A DNA stretch of 56,245 bases from a virus (lineage: Duplodnaviria > Heunggongvirae > Uroviricota > Caudoviricetes). The DNA lies in IMG/VR virus record IMGVR_UViG_3300032321_001382. One strand, given 5' to 3'. This document shows, one piece after another, positions 45,348 through 53,566 of this stretch. A program made the translations under genes and the position numbers. The notes below the pieces were generated by a model that searched no databases, was not told where the DNA came from, and was given only the letters and a program-made list of their open reading frames with translations. Within the stretch, counting starts at the first letter, position 1. The number at the start of each line of letters is the position of its first letter.

Positions 45348-45986
45348 ATGAAATATTTAGAGATATTAAAACAAAGGGATTTAAGTATACAAAACCTTCC
45401 AAAAGTTTTGCAGAAAAAAATACAAGAGCTTGATTATCAATACAATGAATTAAAAAACCTAGAAAGTTTTGGAGAGCTAGATGAAGATGAATTAGAAGAT
45501 ATTGAAATCGTAAAAGAAAAAATAGACGAATTGGATTCTCATATATCACATAAGGTTAAAATATTTGACCAAACTAAATATAATGAGAAGCTAGCTAAGA
45601 TAAGCAAGATGACTGAGCTTAAAAAAGCTGCAAAAAATGAAGTTGAAGAGGTTAAGGTTGAACAAGAAACAGTTACAAAAGTAGTTGCAGCTCCAGTAGT
45701 TCAACCAGTAGTAGCTGAACAAGGTAACCAAATTGGTAACACAGCTCAAATTCAAGAAGCTTATGTACCAACTCCAGTGCCAGAAGCTGTACCAAGAGAA
45801 TATGTACAACCATCAGAACTTGTACAAGAATCTGTACAACCTTTAAATGAACAATACGAAGAGGATGAGTTTGAAAGAAAGGGTACAGGTAATCCTAAAA
45901 AAATGACAACTGGTCTTATTCTAATGGGTGTAGGTGCATTTTTCTTAACATGGGGCGCTGTAAATTTTTTTAAAAGTAGAAGATAA
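45348..45986 (+). CDS. Tail-anchored coiled-coil protein
   Basis: V/P/Q/E-rich linker; C-terminus LILMGVGAFFLTWGAVNFFKSRR. Confidence 0.88.
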   Translation: MKYLEILKQRDLSIQNLPKVLQKKIQELDYQYNELKNLESFGELDEDELEDIEIVKEKIDELDSHISHKVKIFDQTKYNEKLAKISKMTELKKAAKNEVEEVKVEQETVTKVVAAPVVQPVVAEQGNQIGNTAQIQEAYVPTPVPEAVPREYVQPSELVQESVQPLNEQYEEDEFERKGTGNPKKMTTGLILMGVGAFFLTWGAVNFFKSRR

Positions 45987-45995
45987 TATTAATAT

Positions 45996-46274
45996 ATGTA
46001 TAAAATAACCCAATATACCAAAAACAAAGCCAGTGACTATAATGTTATTGTTAAGCCTAGTAAGGTTGAGGGTAAAAAAATTGATGTCTTTAATAAAAAA
46101 GGCGAAAAGTTAGCCTCAATAGGGGCTATTGGATATGGTGATTATCCTACTTTTTTGAAGCAGAAAGGCGAAAAATACGCCGAGGAAAGGAGAAGGTTGT
46201 ACAAAATAAGACACGAAAGTGACAGACACAAAAGAGGGTCAGCTGGGTGGTATGCCGATAAGCTATTGTGGTAA
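45996..46274 (+). CDS. DUF5754-like basic protein
   Basis: S...GKK.DV...G..GY.DY...RR..Y..RH...S.G.....LLW. Confidence 0.7.
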   Translation: MYKITQYTKNKASDYNVIVKPSKVEGKKIDVFNKKGEKLASIGAIGYGDYPTFLKQKGEKYAEERRRLYKIRHESDRHKRGSAGWYADKLLW

Positions 46275-46400
46275 CGTCATCAGTATATGATAATCTTGGT
46301 TTTTGGGTATTTTATGTCCAATTATTGGTTTTCATAGTATTTTTTCTATTTGTTATTAGGTTTTTTTTAAATATTTTTAAAGAACATAAAAAGAAAAGAA

Positions 46401-46673
46401 ATGAAAAAATTATTTAATTGGATTAGTGGGTTTTTCTCTTCAGAGAGTGGAACATCTAGTAAAAGACTTGTAGGTATCGTAGGAGCTTTTATGCTTTATT
46501 GGACTTTGTATGAAAATGCAAAAACAGAGTCTCATGTAGCCCCAGCTGATTCGTTAGTTTGGGGTGTTGTTGCTTTAGTAATGGTAGCTTTAGGCTTAAC
46601 CACTATTGAAAGTGTAGCTACATTGGTACAAAAATTTAAAGGAACTAAAACAGAAGAAGATGGCAACAAGTAA
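46401..46673 (+). CDS. Two-TM holin-like protein
   Basis: SSKR followed by two TM helices; in the lysis cassette. Confidence 0.6.
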   Translation: MKKLFNWISGFFSSESGTSSKRLVGIVGAFMLYWTLYENAKTESHVAPADSLVWGVVALVMVALGLTTIESVATLVQKFKGTKTEEDGNK

Positions 46674-46986
46674 AAAATCAATAGCGGATAAGGTAACAGA
46701 TACCGCTACGGAAAATCTTAAGCTTCCAGTTACATTTAAAGAGTTTTCAAAGAATCCAGTGGTGGCAACTCTTTTTATAGTCTTATTGGCTATTGGTGGA
46801 TTATATGTGGATATACGTAGTACATTTCAAAATCAAGCTAAAAGCCAAGATGTTCGTATTGAAAAGGTAGAAGGTAGATTAGATTTAGTTCAAGAGGCTT
46901 TAAGAAGAAGTGATTCTTTAAATGCAGTTTCTACTACTAAACTATCAACATTACAACAATTAGGAAAAATACAAGAAATTAAATAA
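46660..46986 (+). CDS. Single-TM coiled-coil protein (holin/lysis accessory)
   Basis: LP.TFKEFSKNP..A.LF..L.AIG.LY.D followed by a coiled coil. Confidence 0.6.
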   Translation: MATSKKSIADKVTDTATENLKLPVTFKEFSKNPVVATLFIVLLAIGGLYVDIRSTFQNQAKSQDVRIEKVEGRLDLVQEALRRSDSLNAVSTTKLSTLQQLGKIQEIK

Positions 46987-47321
46987 TGAAAAAAATATTA
47001 TCTTTTTTACCAATTATTTTAATGTTAAATGCTTGTCAATTTGTTGAAAGTCAAACAATTAGTGATGAACAAAAGAAAGACCAAGAATTTATTGAATTAA
47101 TAAAAAATATAGAAATAACAAAACAACAAAGTATCATTTCGCAAGATAATGCTACCAAACAAGAAAATAAGATAGTAAATGGCGCAGTAGAGAAAATAGT
47201 TACCTTAAAAGAAGAAGTTAAAACTCTTAAAAGCGAATTAAATGAAAAGAATCAAGTGCTTAATGGTATTATTAATGATACTGGCAGTAAATTCAAGTTA
47301 CTCCCAATATCCAATAATTAA
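46986..47321 (+). CDS. Lipoprotein coiled coil (spanin-like)
   Basis: Lipobox LNAC at residues 15-18; heptad region. Confidence 0.6.
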   Translation: MKKILSFLPIILMLNACQFVESQTISDEQKKDQEFIELIKNIEITKQQSIISQDNATKQENKIVNGAVEKIVTLKEEVKTLKSELNEKNQVLNGIINDTGSKFKLLPISNN

Positions 47322-47637
47322 AAAGATAGGTAAGGATTCTCTTATCTTAATGACATTAAAGCAAGGTGATGATATAAACAAATCGTTTACTCAGTACCAA
47401 AATAAATTAGATTCTTTAAAAGATTCGGTTGTCGCTAAAAAGTTTTTAATAGATAGCTTAAATATTGAATTTAATAAACTAGATAAAAAAAGAGAAGAAT
47501 ATAAATTAAGATATGAAGAAAGGTTAAATATGCCAATTAATACAAAGTACCAATATCATGATGATGGTTGGGATTTTGCACAAAAAATGGTTTTAATTGG
47601 TGTAATTGTTCTTCAATTCTTTACAATAAAAAGGTAG
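47242..47637 (+). CDS. Signal-peptide coiled-coil protein with C-terminal TM (spanin-like)
   Basis: Overlaps the previous gene by 80 nt; same layout as 18133. Confidence 0.55.
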   Translation: MKRIKCLMVLLMILAVNSSYSQYPIIKKIGKDSLILMTLKQGDDINKSFTQYQNKLDSLKDSVVAKKFLIDSLNIEFNKLDKKREEYKLRYEERLNMPINTKYQYHDDGWDFAQKMVLIGVIVLQFFTIKR

Positions 47638-47640
47638 AAT

Positions 47641-47946
47641 ATGTTTAGTTATCCTAATTTATGGGTGATGGTATTTGGTATATTGCTAGGGCTTAGTATC
47701 ATTTTGACATCAGTTTATTTTGTAAACAAAATGTTTGTAAACGATACAAAAGATGTACTTGTAAGGTTTATAATACTTGTATTTACAGCTTTAGTAGCAC
47801 TTTTTATAGTAGACAAGGTTATTGCATTTAGGATTAAACTATTGGCAGATGATATTAATAAAGAACTTTTTGATTTAATAAAAACATTAATATTAATGAT
47901 TTTTAGTTATTATTTTGGAACAAAAAACAAAACAGAAAATGAGTAA
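47641..47946 (+). CDS. Three-TM membrane protein (holin-like)
   Basis: Three hydrophobic segments ending in YYFG; precedes the endolysin. Confidence 0.65.
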   Translation: MFSYPNLWVMVFGILLGLSIILTSVYFVNKMFVNDTKDVLVRFIILVFTALVALFIVDKVIAFRIKLLADDINKELFDLIKTLILMIFSYYFGTKNKTENE

Positions 47947-48424
47947 AATTTCAGAACACTTAGAATTATCAGAGGTAATTCGTAGCGAGCAAGCTAAAAG
48001 ATTGGGCGTATCAAATATGCCAACTGATGAGCATATTGCTAATTTTAAAATATTAGCAGAAAATATATTTGAAAAAATAAGAAATAACTTTAGAGTTCCT
48101 ATTCATATTTCTAGTGCATATAGGTCTGTAGAACTCAATAAGGCGATTAAGGGAAGTTCTAGTTCACAACATTGCAAGGGTGAAGCGATTGATATAGATA
48201 TGGATGGTAGTGCAAATGGAGTAACTAATAAGATGATTTTTGATTATATCTACAAAAGTTTAGATTTTGACCAACTAATTTGGGAATATGGTAATGATAT
48301 CTCTCCAGATTGGGTTCATGTTTCCTATTCATCTAGTAAACCACAAAGAAAACAAGCATTAAAGTGTACTCGTGTAAATGGGCAACCACATTATGAACCT
48401 TACCATAATAAAGCATCAATATGA
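47939..48424 (+). CDS. Peptidase M15A-family endolysin
   Basis: ISSAYRS..LN..IKG...SQHCKGEAID...DQLIWE...WVHVSY; start moved to ATG 47939. Confidence 0.92.
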   Translation: MSKISEHLELSEVIRSEQAKRLGVSNMPTDEHIANFKILAENIFEKIRNNFRVPIHISSAYRSVELNKAIKGSSSSQHCKGEAIDIDMDGSANGVTNKMIFDYIYKSLDFDQLIWEYGNDISPDWVHVSYSSSKPQRKQALKCTRVNGQPHYEPYHNKASI

Positions 48425-48759
48425 TTTCAGATTTAGAAATAAAATTATCTAAGACAACAAACGCACTAATTCAAATAGCTGCTGTAGTGGGTGCAATAAC
48501 CGTCCTTGCGGGAGGTTATACTTTCTATTTAAACTATATATGGAAACCTAAAGTAGAAGTTCTAGAGGTAGACTTTAACGAAGCAACTGCAAAATTGAAA
48601 TTTGGTAGGAAAACACTTGAATTAGAAGGTGATGCATTATTCTTATTAGGAGGAGATTGGGGTATTCAATTTGGCAGTACCAATAAATCTGGTTCAACTA
48701 TATATGACAGAATTGAACTTATAAGAAAAGGAATGGTTTACGAATATTTAAAAAAATAA
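48421..48759 (+). CDS. Single-TM hypothetical protein
   Basis: N-terminal TM followed by a beta-rich domain. Confidence 0.8.
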   Translation: MISDLEIKLSKTTNALIQIAAVVGAITVLAGGYTFYLNYIWKPKVEVLEVDFNEATAKLKFGRKTLELEGDALFLLGGDWGIQFGSTNKSGSTIYDRIELIRKGMVYEYLKK

Positions 48760-48760
48760 T

Positions 48761-49147
48761 ATGGACTTAGGAATAGACAAGGTTGTAGCAGAAGGAAATG
48801 GTAACACATTGATTTACACCGCTTTAATAGCGGCGGCAGTAGCTAATACCTTACCTACTCCATTTGATGGTATATATTTTAGAAGAGTAAATACGCTTCA
48901 AAGAGAATACGATGAAAAGAAAATTACAGCTGAAAACCTAGAATGGCACGTGGCTGGAGAGTATTACTTATGGACTAGCCTTTGGTATGTTGCCCTATTT
49001 GCTGGAATTTATGCTGTGGGAGGTAAATACAAGGATAATGCAAAGATATTGCTAGCCTTGGCTGCCAGTGGTCTTGTAATAGGAGCTGTACAAAAAAACA
49101 TAAAGATTAATAAAGAAATAGAGGCTAAGAAGATGAATAATGCTTAA
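48761..49147 (+). CDS. Multi-TM hypothetical protein
   Basis: Three hydrophobic segments. Confidence 0.8.
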   Translation: MDLGIDKVVAEGNGNTLIYTALIAAAVANTLPTPFDGIYFRRVNTLQREYDEKKITAENLEWHVAGEYYLWTSLWYVALFAGIYAVGGKYKDNAKILLALAASGLVIGAVQKNIKINKEIEAKKMNNA

Positions 49148-49182
49148 ATAATAAAAAATATTGGGAAAACCAAAAAAAATGT

Positions 49183-49190
49183 TAAATTTG
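49183..49190 (+). promoter_or_regulatory. Bacteroidota -7 element (TAAATTTG)
   Basis: 20 nt upstream of ATG 49211. Confidence 0.6.
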
Positions 49191-49210
49191 AGCAACAAAC
49201 AAACACAAGG

Positions 49211-49783
49211 ATGGCAAACACAAATCTAACTACCATAGTTGATACCTATGGATGTATGTCTAATTATCAAGAAATGAAAGCATTTTTTGTTAATCCTACT
49301 AACGCTAGGGGTATACAAGATGCTTTGTCTAAATATGGTACTCCAAAAGAAAATAGACCATCTACTAATTCTGGGTTTGGTCTTTTCAAAAAAAATTGGG
49401 GTTGGACAGATTATTGTGATTGGCAAAATATTGGAAAGTTTTATCAATATGCTAAACTTTCCGTTCAGTTTCCTATCTTAACAACTCCGCAAACAGATTG
49501 TACTAAGGTATCTTCGGCTATTTTAGCGTTAAATTCACAATTAGCAAATGTTGCAAATGTAAAAGATGCTAATATTAAAACTGCACTAACAGACGCTATT
49601 AATGACAAATTAGCAGAGTATCAATCATTTAATGTAGTTAACGATTGCGACAATTTAGTTAAAAATCAATCTTATTCATTAACAACTGGGGCTACATCTA
49701 AAACTGCCATTTATATATTTGGTGGCGCAGCTGTGCTTATAGGCTTGTTTTATGCTATAGCTGTATCAAGAAAAAATAATTAA
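49211..49783 (+). CDS. Tail-anchored protein with 4 conserved Cys (paralog of 52324)
   Basis: Colinear similarity to 52324-52962; C-terminal TM and RK. Confidence 0.88.
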   Translation: MANTNLTTIVDTYGCMSNYQEMKAFFVNPTNARGIQDALSKYGTPKENRPSTNSGFGLFKKNWGWTDYCDWQNIGKFYQYAKLSVQFPILTTPQTDCTKVSSAILALNSQLANVANVKDANIKTALTDAINDKLAEYQSFNVVNDCDNLVKNQSYSLTTGATSKTAIYIFGGAAVLIGLFYAIAVSRKNN

Positions 49784-49786
49784 CAT

Positions 49787-50398
49787 ATGTTACCAATAAT
49801 TTTAGTCGCAGTAGGCGCATACTTAATAGGGGATTCGGTTTTAGAAGATAAAAAATATTCTCATGGCGGTAAAACCCAAGGCTATGATGACAAAGAAGAT
49901 GAAAGACTTGCTATGGAGCATGGTAAAATGTCTAAAAAAGATTTAGATAGTACACACGCACGCAGAGATGATGCAAGATTTGAAGAAAGAGGTAAAATGG
50001 CTAAAGGTGGTGATGTGAAAGATTATAGTGGTAATTATTATTCTACTTATGACTTTGTTCATGTAAATAAGCTACAAAAAGAAGCCGATGCTTTATTTGG
50101 AAAAGATTGGGAAGCTGAAGATGATGCAAGTCAAATTCTTGTATTAACTGATAGTCTTGGAGGTGGATATACTACTTATGTATCAGAAGGTAAAGGAGAT
50201 TGGGAACGCCTTAGACAGAAGCATAATCTTTATAATGAAACTAATGACGATAACTATGATATTTTTGTAGTTCATTATGGTAAAAAGAAAAAAATGGCTA
50301 AAGGTGGTAAGTTAGTAGGCAAACAAAAGAACTTAGATGTCAATAAAAATGGCAAATTAGATGCTGAAGACTTTAAGATTCTAAGAAAAGGCAAGTAG
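49787..50398 (+). CDS. N-terminally anchored mosaic protein with YSHGG and two MAKGG motifs
   Basis: Hydrophobic N-terminus, GYDDKEDERL module and an EF-hand-like DVNKNGKLDAED module. Confidence 0.88.
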   Translation: MLPIILVAVGAYLIGDSVLEDKKYSHGGKTQGYDDKEDERLAMEHGKMSKKDLDSTHARRDDARFEERGKMAKGGDVKDYSGNYYSTYDFVHVNKLQKEADALFGKDWEAEDDASQILVLTDSLGGGYTTYVSEGKGDWERLRQKHNLYNETNDDNYDIFVVHYGKKKKMAKGGKLVGKQKNLDVNKNGKLDAEDFKILRKGK

Positions 50399-50419
50399 TA
50401 ATATAAAAGTGAAAATAAA

Positions 50420-50914
50420 ATGGAACAAGATAAATTCAATGCTGATGATGCTTTGGCATTAATTAGAATTGGTAGTAGAGAGATAGGCAATAGTAGGGAT
50501 GAAGTAATTGATGTTGTAGAAAACATAATTGCTCAACAACCACAAATAGAATGTCCTGTAATTCATAGGTTTACTCCTAATATGTACATAAGGGAAGTGT
50601 TTGTCCCATCTGGTACCATATTAACGAGTGAAATACATAAGGAAGAACATCCTCATGTATTATCAAAAGGAACGATAACTATGTGGGATGGCGAAGGAGG
50701 TCAGGTAATGGTATCTGCTCCATATTTTGGTATAACAAAGGCGAATGCGAGAAGGGTTGTTCTAGTACACGAGGATTGTATTTTTACTACTTTCCATGTA
50801 ACCAAAGCAACAAATGTAGAGGACGCTGAAAAAGATATTTTCGTAGATTATGAAAATGTTTTGATGGATGAACAAACAAAAAAAGGGTTAATAAAGAATA
50901 TAAAACAAAGATAA
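50420..50914 (+). CDS. Cupin-fold protein
   Basis: H.F...MYIRE...P.G...TS.IHK.EH......G...RR....ED..F.T.H. Confidence 0.7.
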   Translation: MEQDKFNADDALALIRIGSREIGNSRDEVIDVVENIIAQQPQIECPVIHRFTPNMYIREVFVPSGTILTSEIHKEEHPHVLSKGTITMWDGEGGQVMVSAPYFGITKANARRVVLVHEDCIFTTFHVTKATNVEDAEKDIFVDYENVLMDEQTKKGLIKNIKQR

Positions 50915-50915
50915 T

Positions 50916-51296
50916 ATGGCTGGAATCATTACAGCAGCAGCAATAACTGCAGCGGCAACAATCACGGTGGGGGTTATAAAAGACCAAACCCAAAAGAAAG
51001 CAAATAATGCTCAGATTGCAGCTCTGCAAGCAGATACAAAGCTCCAACTTTTGAACTCAACTCAAAAACAAGCCTTGGATTATAGAATTGCTAATGCAAA
51101 AAATGATACCGATAGGTTAAAAGCCTACGAAGATGCTATCTCAAAGGTCAGTTCGGCTACTCAAACATCAATAGGTACTATTTATGCTGCTGGTGTTTCA
51201 AGTACTTCACAACAAAATTACATTCAAAAATCTGCTTTGTTAGCTGGTGGAATTATGCTAGTAGGTGGAACAATTTATGTATTAAGAAAAAAATAA
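50916..51296 (+). CDS. Ala/Gln-rich tail-anchored protein (paralog of 51300)
   Basis: TQK..N.A.IA.L..D..LQ.L...D..IA.A.NDT.RL..YE; C-terminal TM and RKK. Confidence 0.88.
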   Translation: MAGIITAAAITAAATITVGVIKDQTQKKANNAQIAALQADTKLQLLNSTQKQALDYRIANAKNDTDRLKAYEDAISKVSSATQTSIGTIYAAGVSSTSQQNYIQKSALLAGGIMLVGGTIYVLRKK

Positions 51297-51299
51297 GAA

Positions 51300-51713
51300 A
51301 TGGAATATACTGTTAATCAAAAAATAGGAATGGGTCAAGTAGCAGCTCAAGTAGGGCAAGTGGTAGGTGATGTAGTAGTTGGATTAATACAAAATAAGAC
51401 TCAAAAACAATATAATGCTGCTAGGATTGCACAATTAGAAAATGATAGTAGACTACAAGCATTATCTGCAGAAGAAAGATTGGCTTTTGATAAAAAAGTA
51501 GCTAGTGCGGTTAATGATACAGCTAGATTGAGGATTTATGAGGAACAAATAGGAAACCTAGGAGTCGCTACTATACAATCTACAGCTTCATTATATGCAG
51601 CTAAATTACAAGGTGTTAGTTCTGATAAATCTAAAAAGATAGGTTATGCAGTTTTAATTGGAGGAGGTTTACTAGTAGCTGGTACAATAATTTATTTATT
51701 TAAAAAGAAATAA
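51300..51713 (+). CDS. Ala/Gln-rich tail-anchored protein (paralog of 50916)
   Basis: Same core; C-terminus GYAVLIGGGLLVAGTIIYLFKKK. Confidence 0.88.
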   Translation: MEYTVNQKIGMGQVAAQVGQVVGDVVVGLIQNKTQKQYNAARIAQLENDSRLQALSAEERLAFDKKVASAVNDTARLRIYEEQIGNLGVATIQSTASLYAAKLQGVSSDKSKKIGYAVLIGGGLLVAGTIIYLFKKK

Positions 51714-52288
51714 TGGAAAACCAAACAAAAATATTATTAGGACTAGGTGCTGTTATAATTGCTTATTTACTTTTAAAGCCTAAAAAAGTAATAAGCTTAC
51801 CTAATACAAATCCATTAGATAAAATTTTACCTAATACAAATACATTAGAATCTACGAGTAATATCTGTGAGATATGTGAATTGGCTATTGCCTCTGGTGT
51901 ATATACCACCTTAAGTGGAACTTACATAGGAGAAGATTATAAACCCAAAAATGGAGATAAAATATTATATAATGACTCTATTTATGTATTTAATAATGGG
52001 AAATGGGTTGTTTCATCTAATTGCAATGATTACTCCAGCAGTTCGTTATATGATAATGCACATGGTCCATTTCAAACAGCAGCTGGAAATCCAGATTGGA
52101 GAAAACTTTTTCAAGAGCCTAATGAGTCATACGAAGATTATCTAGTTAGAATGAACGAAAATGAAGTGGCAATAAAAAAATCAAAAGATGAAGCATTAGC
52201 TAAAATAAAATCTATTGGAATAGAAAATTGTTATAATCAATATGTTGCATCTAGACAAATGCCAACAAGTGGAGCTCTATGGCAATAA
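51713..52288 (+). CDS. N-terminally anchored Cys-containing protein
   Basis: KILLGLGAVIIAYLLLKPKK; four Cys including CEIC. Confidence 0.8.
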   Translation: MENQTKILLGLGAVIIAYLLLKPKKVISLPNTNPLDKILPNTNTLESTSNICEICELAIASGVYTTLSGTYIGEDYKPKNGDKILYNDSIYVFNNGKWVVSSNCNDYSSSSLYDNAHGPFQTAAGNPDWRKLFQEPNESYEDYLVRMNENEVAIKKSKDEALAKIKSIGIENCYNQYVASRQMPTSGALWQ

Positions 52289-52323
52289 AATAAATAAAAA
52301 CACAAAAAAACATAAAAAATATC

Positions 52324-52962
52324 ATGGCAAATACGACAGAAATAATAGACGCAGCAAAAAGTTTAGGTGGATGTAAGCCGCAAGAAAGCGCTAAAATGGC
52401 TAGTTTTTTCAGCGACCCAGATAATACTCAAGCAATAGCTGAGGCGTATGATAAATTTGGGGGTTATCCACCAGCCAATCGTCAATCTTATCATACTGGA
52501 GTAGGATTTCTTGGGAAGTGGCACGACTTCTGCGACTATCAACCAATCTATGATTTTTATAACTATGCTAAAATTGCTGTAGATTTCCCAAAGATTACTG
52601 CTATGCAGTCTAATTGTTATCAAATAAAGTCAGCCCTTGTTGGATTAGAGGCTGTAAAAGCCAATGCATTAAATAAAAATGATGCTTCTATACTAAATGC
52701 TATCGAGACCAAAATAAGCGAGTATAATGCCATTTATGCGTCTTTAGCTTGTGACCAATATATACTTAATCAAGAAAAATCTCAATTAGAAGCGGCTACT
52801 TTAAGAGAACAACAAGCTGCTGCTGCTTTGCAAGCTGATGCCTTTGATAAGGCTAGTGGTAATACCCCTACAACTGGTTCAAAAACTGGTACTTATGTAC
52901 TTTATGGGTTTGTAGGATTAAGCGCTATCGTATTCTTGACTGTTATCCTTAAAAAAGACTAA
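52324..52962 (+). CDS. Tail-anchored protein with 4 conserved Cys (paralog of 49211)
   Basis: GGCK, DFCD, SNCY and LACD align with YGCM, DYCD, TDCT and NDCD; C-terminal TM and KK. Confidence 0.88.
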   Translation: MANTTEIIDAAKSLGGCKPQESAKMASFFSDPDNTQAIAEAYDKFGGYPPANRQSYHTGVGFLGKWHDFCDYQPIYDFYNYAKIAVDFPKITAMQSNCYQIKSALVGLEAVKANALNKNDASILNAIETKISEYNAIYASLACDQYILNQEKSQLEAATLREQQAAAALQADAFDKASGNTPTTGSKTGTYVLYGFVGLSAIVFLTVILKKD

Positions 52963-53045
52963 AAAACCTTTTTTTTGAAAAATAATTAAGGCATTTGTTA
53001 AAAAAATTGTATAATTTGCATTTGTAACAATAAAAACTAAAAAAA

Positions 53046-53180
53046 ATGGGAAAGCAAGGTGAAAAAATCAAACTAATCTCTGCACACGCAAAGAAAATTT
53101 GGAAGAAAGAACAAGGTGAAAAATGGACTGATGCTATCAAAAGAGCGTCTGTAGAATTAAAAAAGGACAAGAAAATCTAA
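53046..53180 (+). CDS. 44-aa basic peptide (MGKQGEKIKLISAHAKKIWKKEQGEKWTDAIKRASVELKKDKKI)
   Basis: Hand-translated; A-rich start after an intergenic region; missing from the track. Confidence 0.8.
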   Translation: MGKQGEKIKLISAHAKKIWKKEQGEKWTDAIKRASVELKKDKKI

Positions 53181-53182
53181 AA

Positions 53183-53566
53183 ATGAGTAAAAACTTAACA
53201 TATAACAAAAAAGCTAAAAAGAAAGGTTTCGTTGACGTATACTTCAATAATAGATTTGAAAGTTTACCGAAAGCGCCTTCTGCAAGCGAAGCTTTTGTAT
53301 ATGATATAGCAAATGAGCATAGAGATTTTTTTAAGCCCATATTTGCTAATGAAACACAATATTTACCAAATGGTAACTTTCGTGGTTCTCAAGTATCTCA
53401 AGCAAAACCTAATTATTCAGAAACTTTAGATGTCGTAAGTAATTCTACTCGTCCGTCCACTCAATCATTAACAATACCGCCGAATAAAAAACCAGATAAT
53501 TTATTACTAAAAGGTTTAGTACTAGGTGCTGGAATATTTTTGGTATATCAAATATTAGAAGACTAA
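53183..53566 (+). CDS. Tail-anchored hypothetical protein
   Basis: C-terminus LLLKGLVLGAGIFLVYQILED. Confidence 0.8.
   Translation: MSKNLTYNKKAKKKGFVDVYFNNRFESLPKAPSASEAFVYDIANEHRDFFKPIFANETQYLPNGNFRGSQVSQAKPNYSETLDVVSNSTRPSTQSLTIPPNKKPDNLLLKGLVLGAGIFLVYQILED

Noticed and set aside
46275-46400. T-rich intergenic stretch with inverted strand bias
   Set aside because: The best minus-strand frame I found is only seven codons, and there is no clear structure.
22380-50398. GGTGG-rich sites as Chi-like DNA signals
   Set aside because: The codons vary (GGT/GGC/GGA), the sites are always in frame, occur on both strands and keep a hydrophobic residue at position -5, so the constraint is on the protein.
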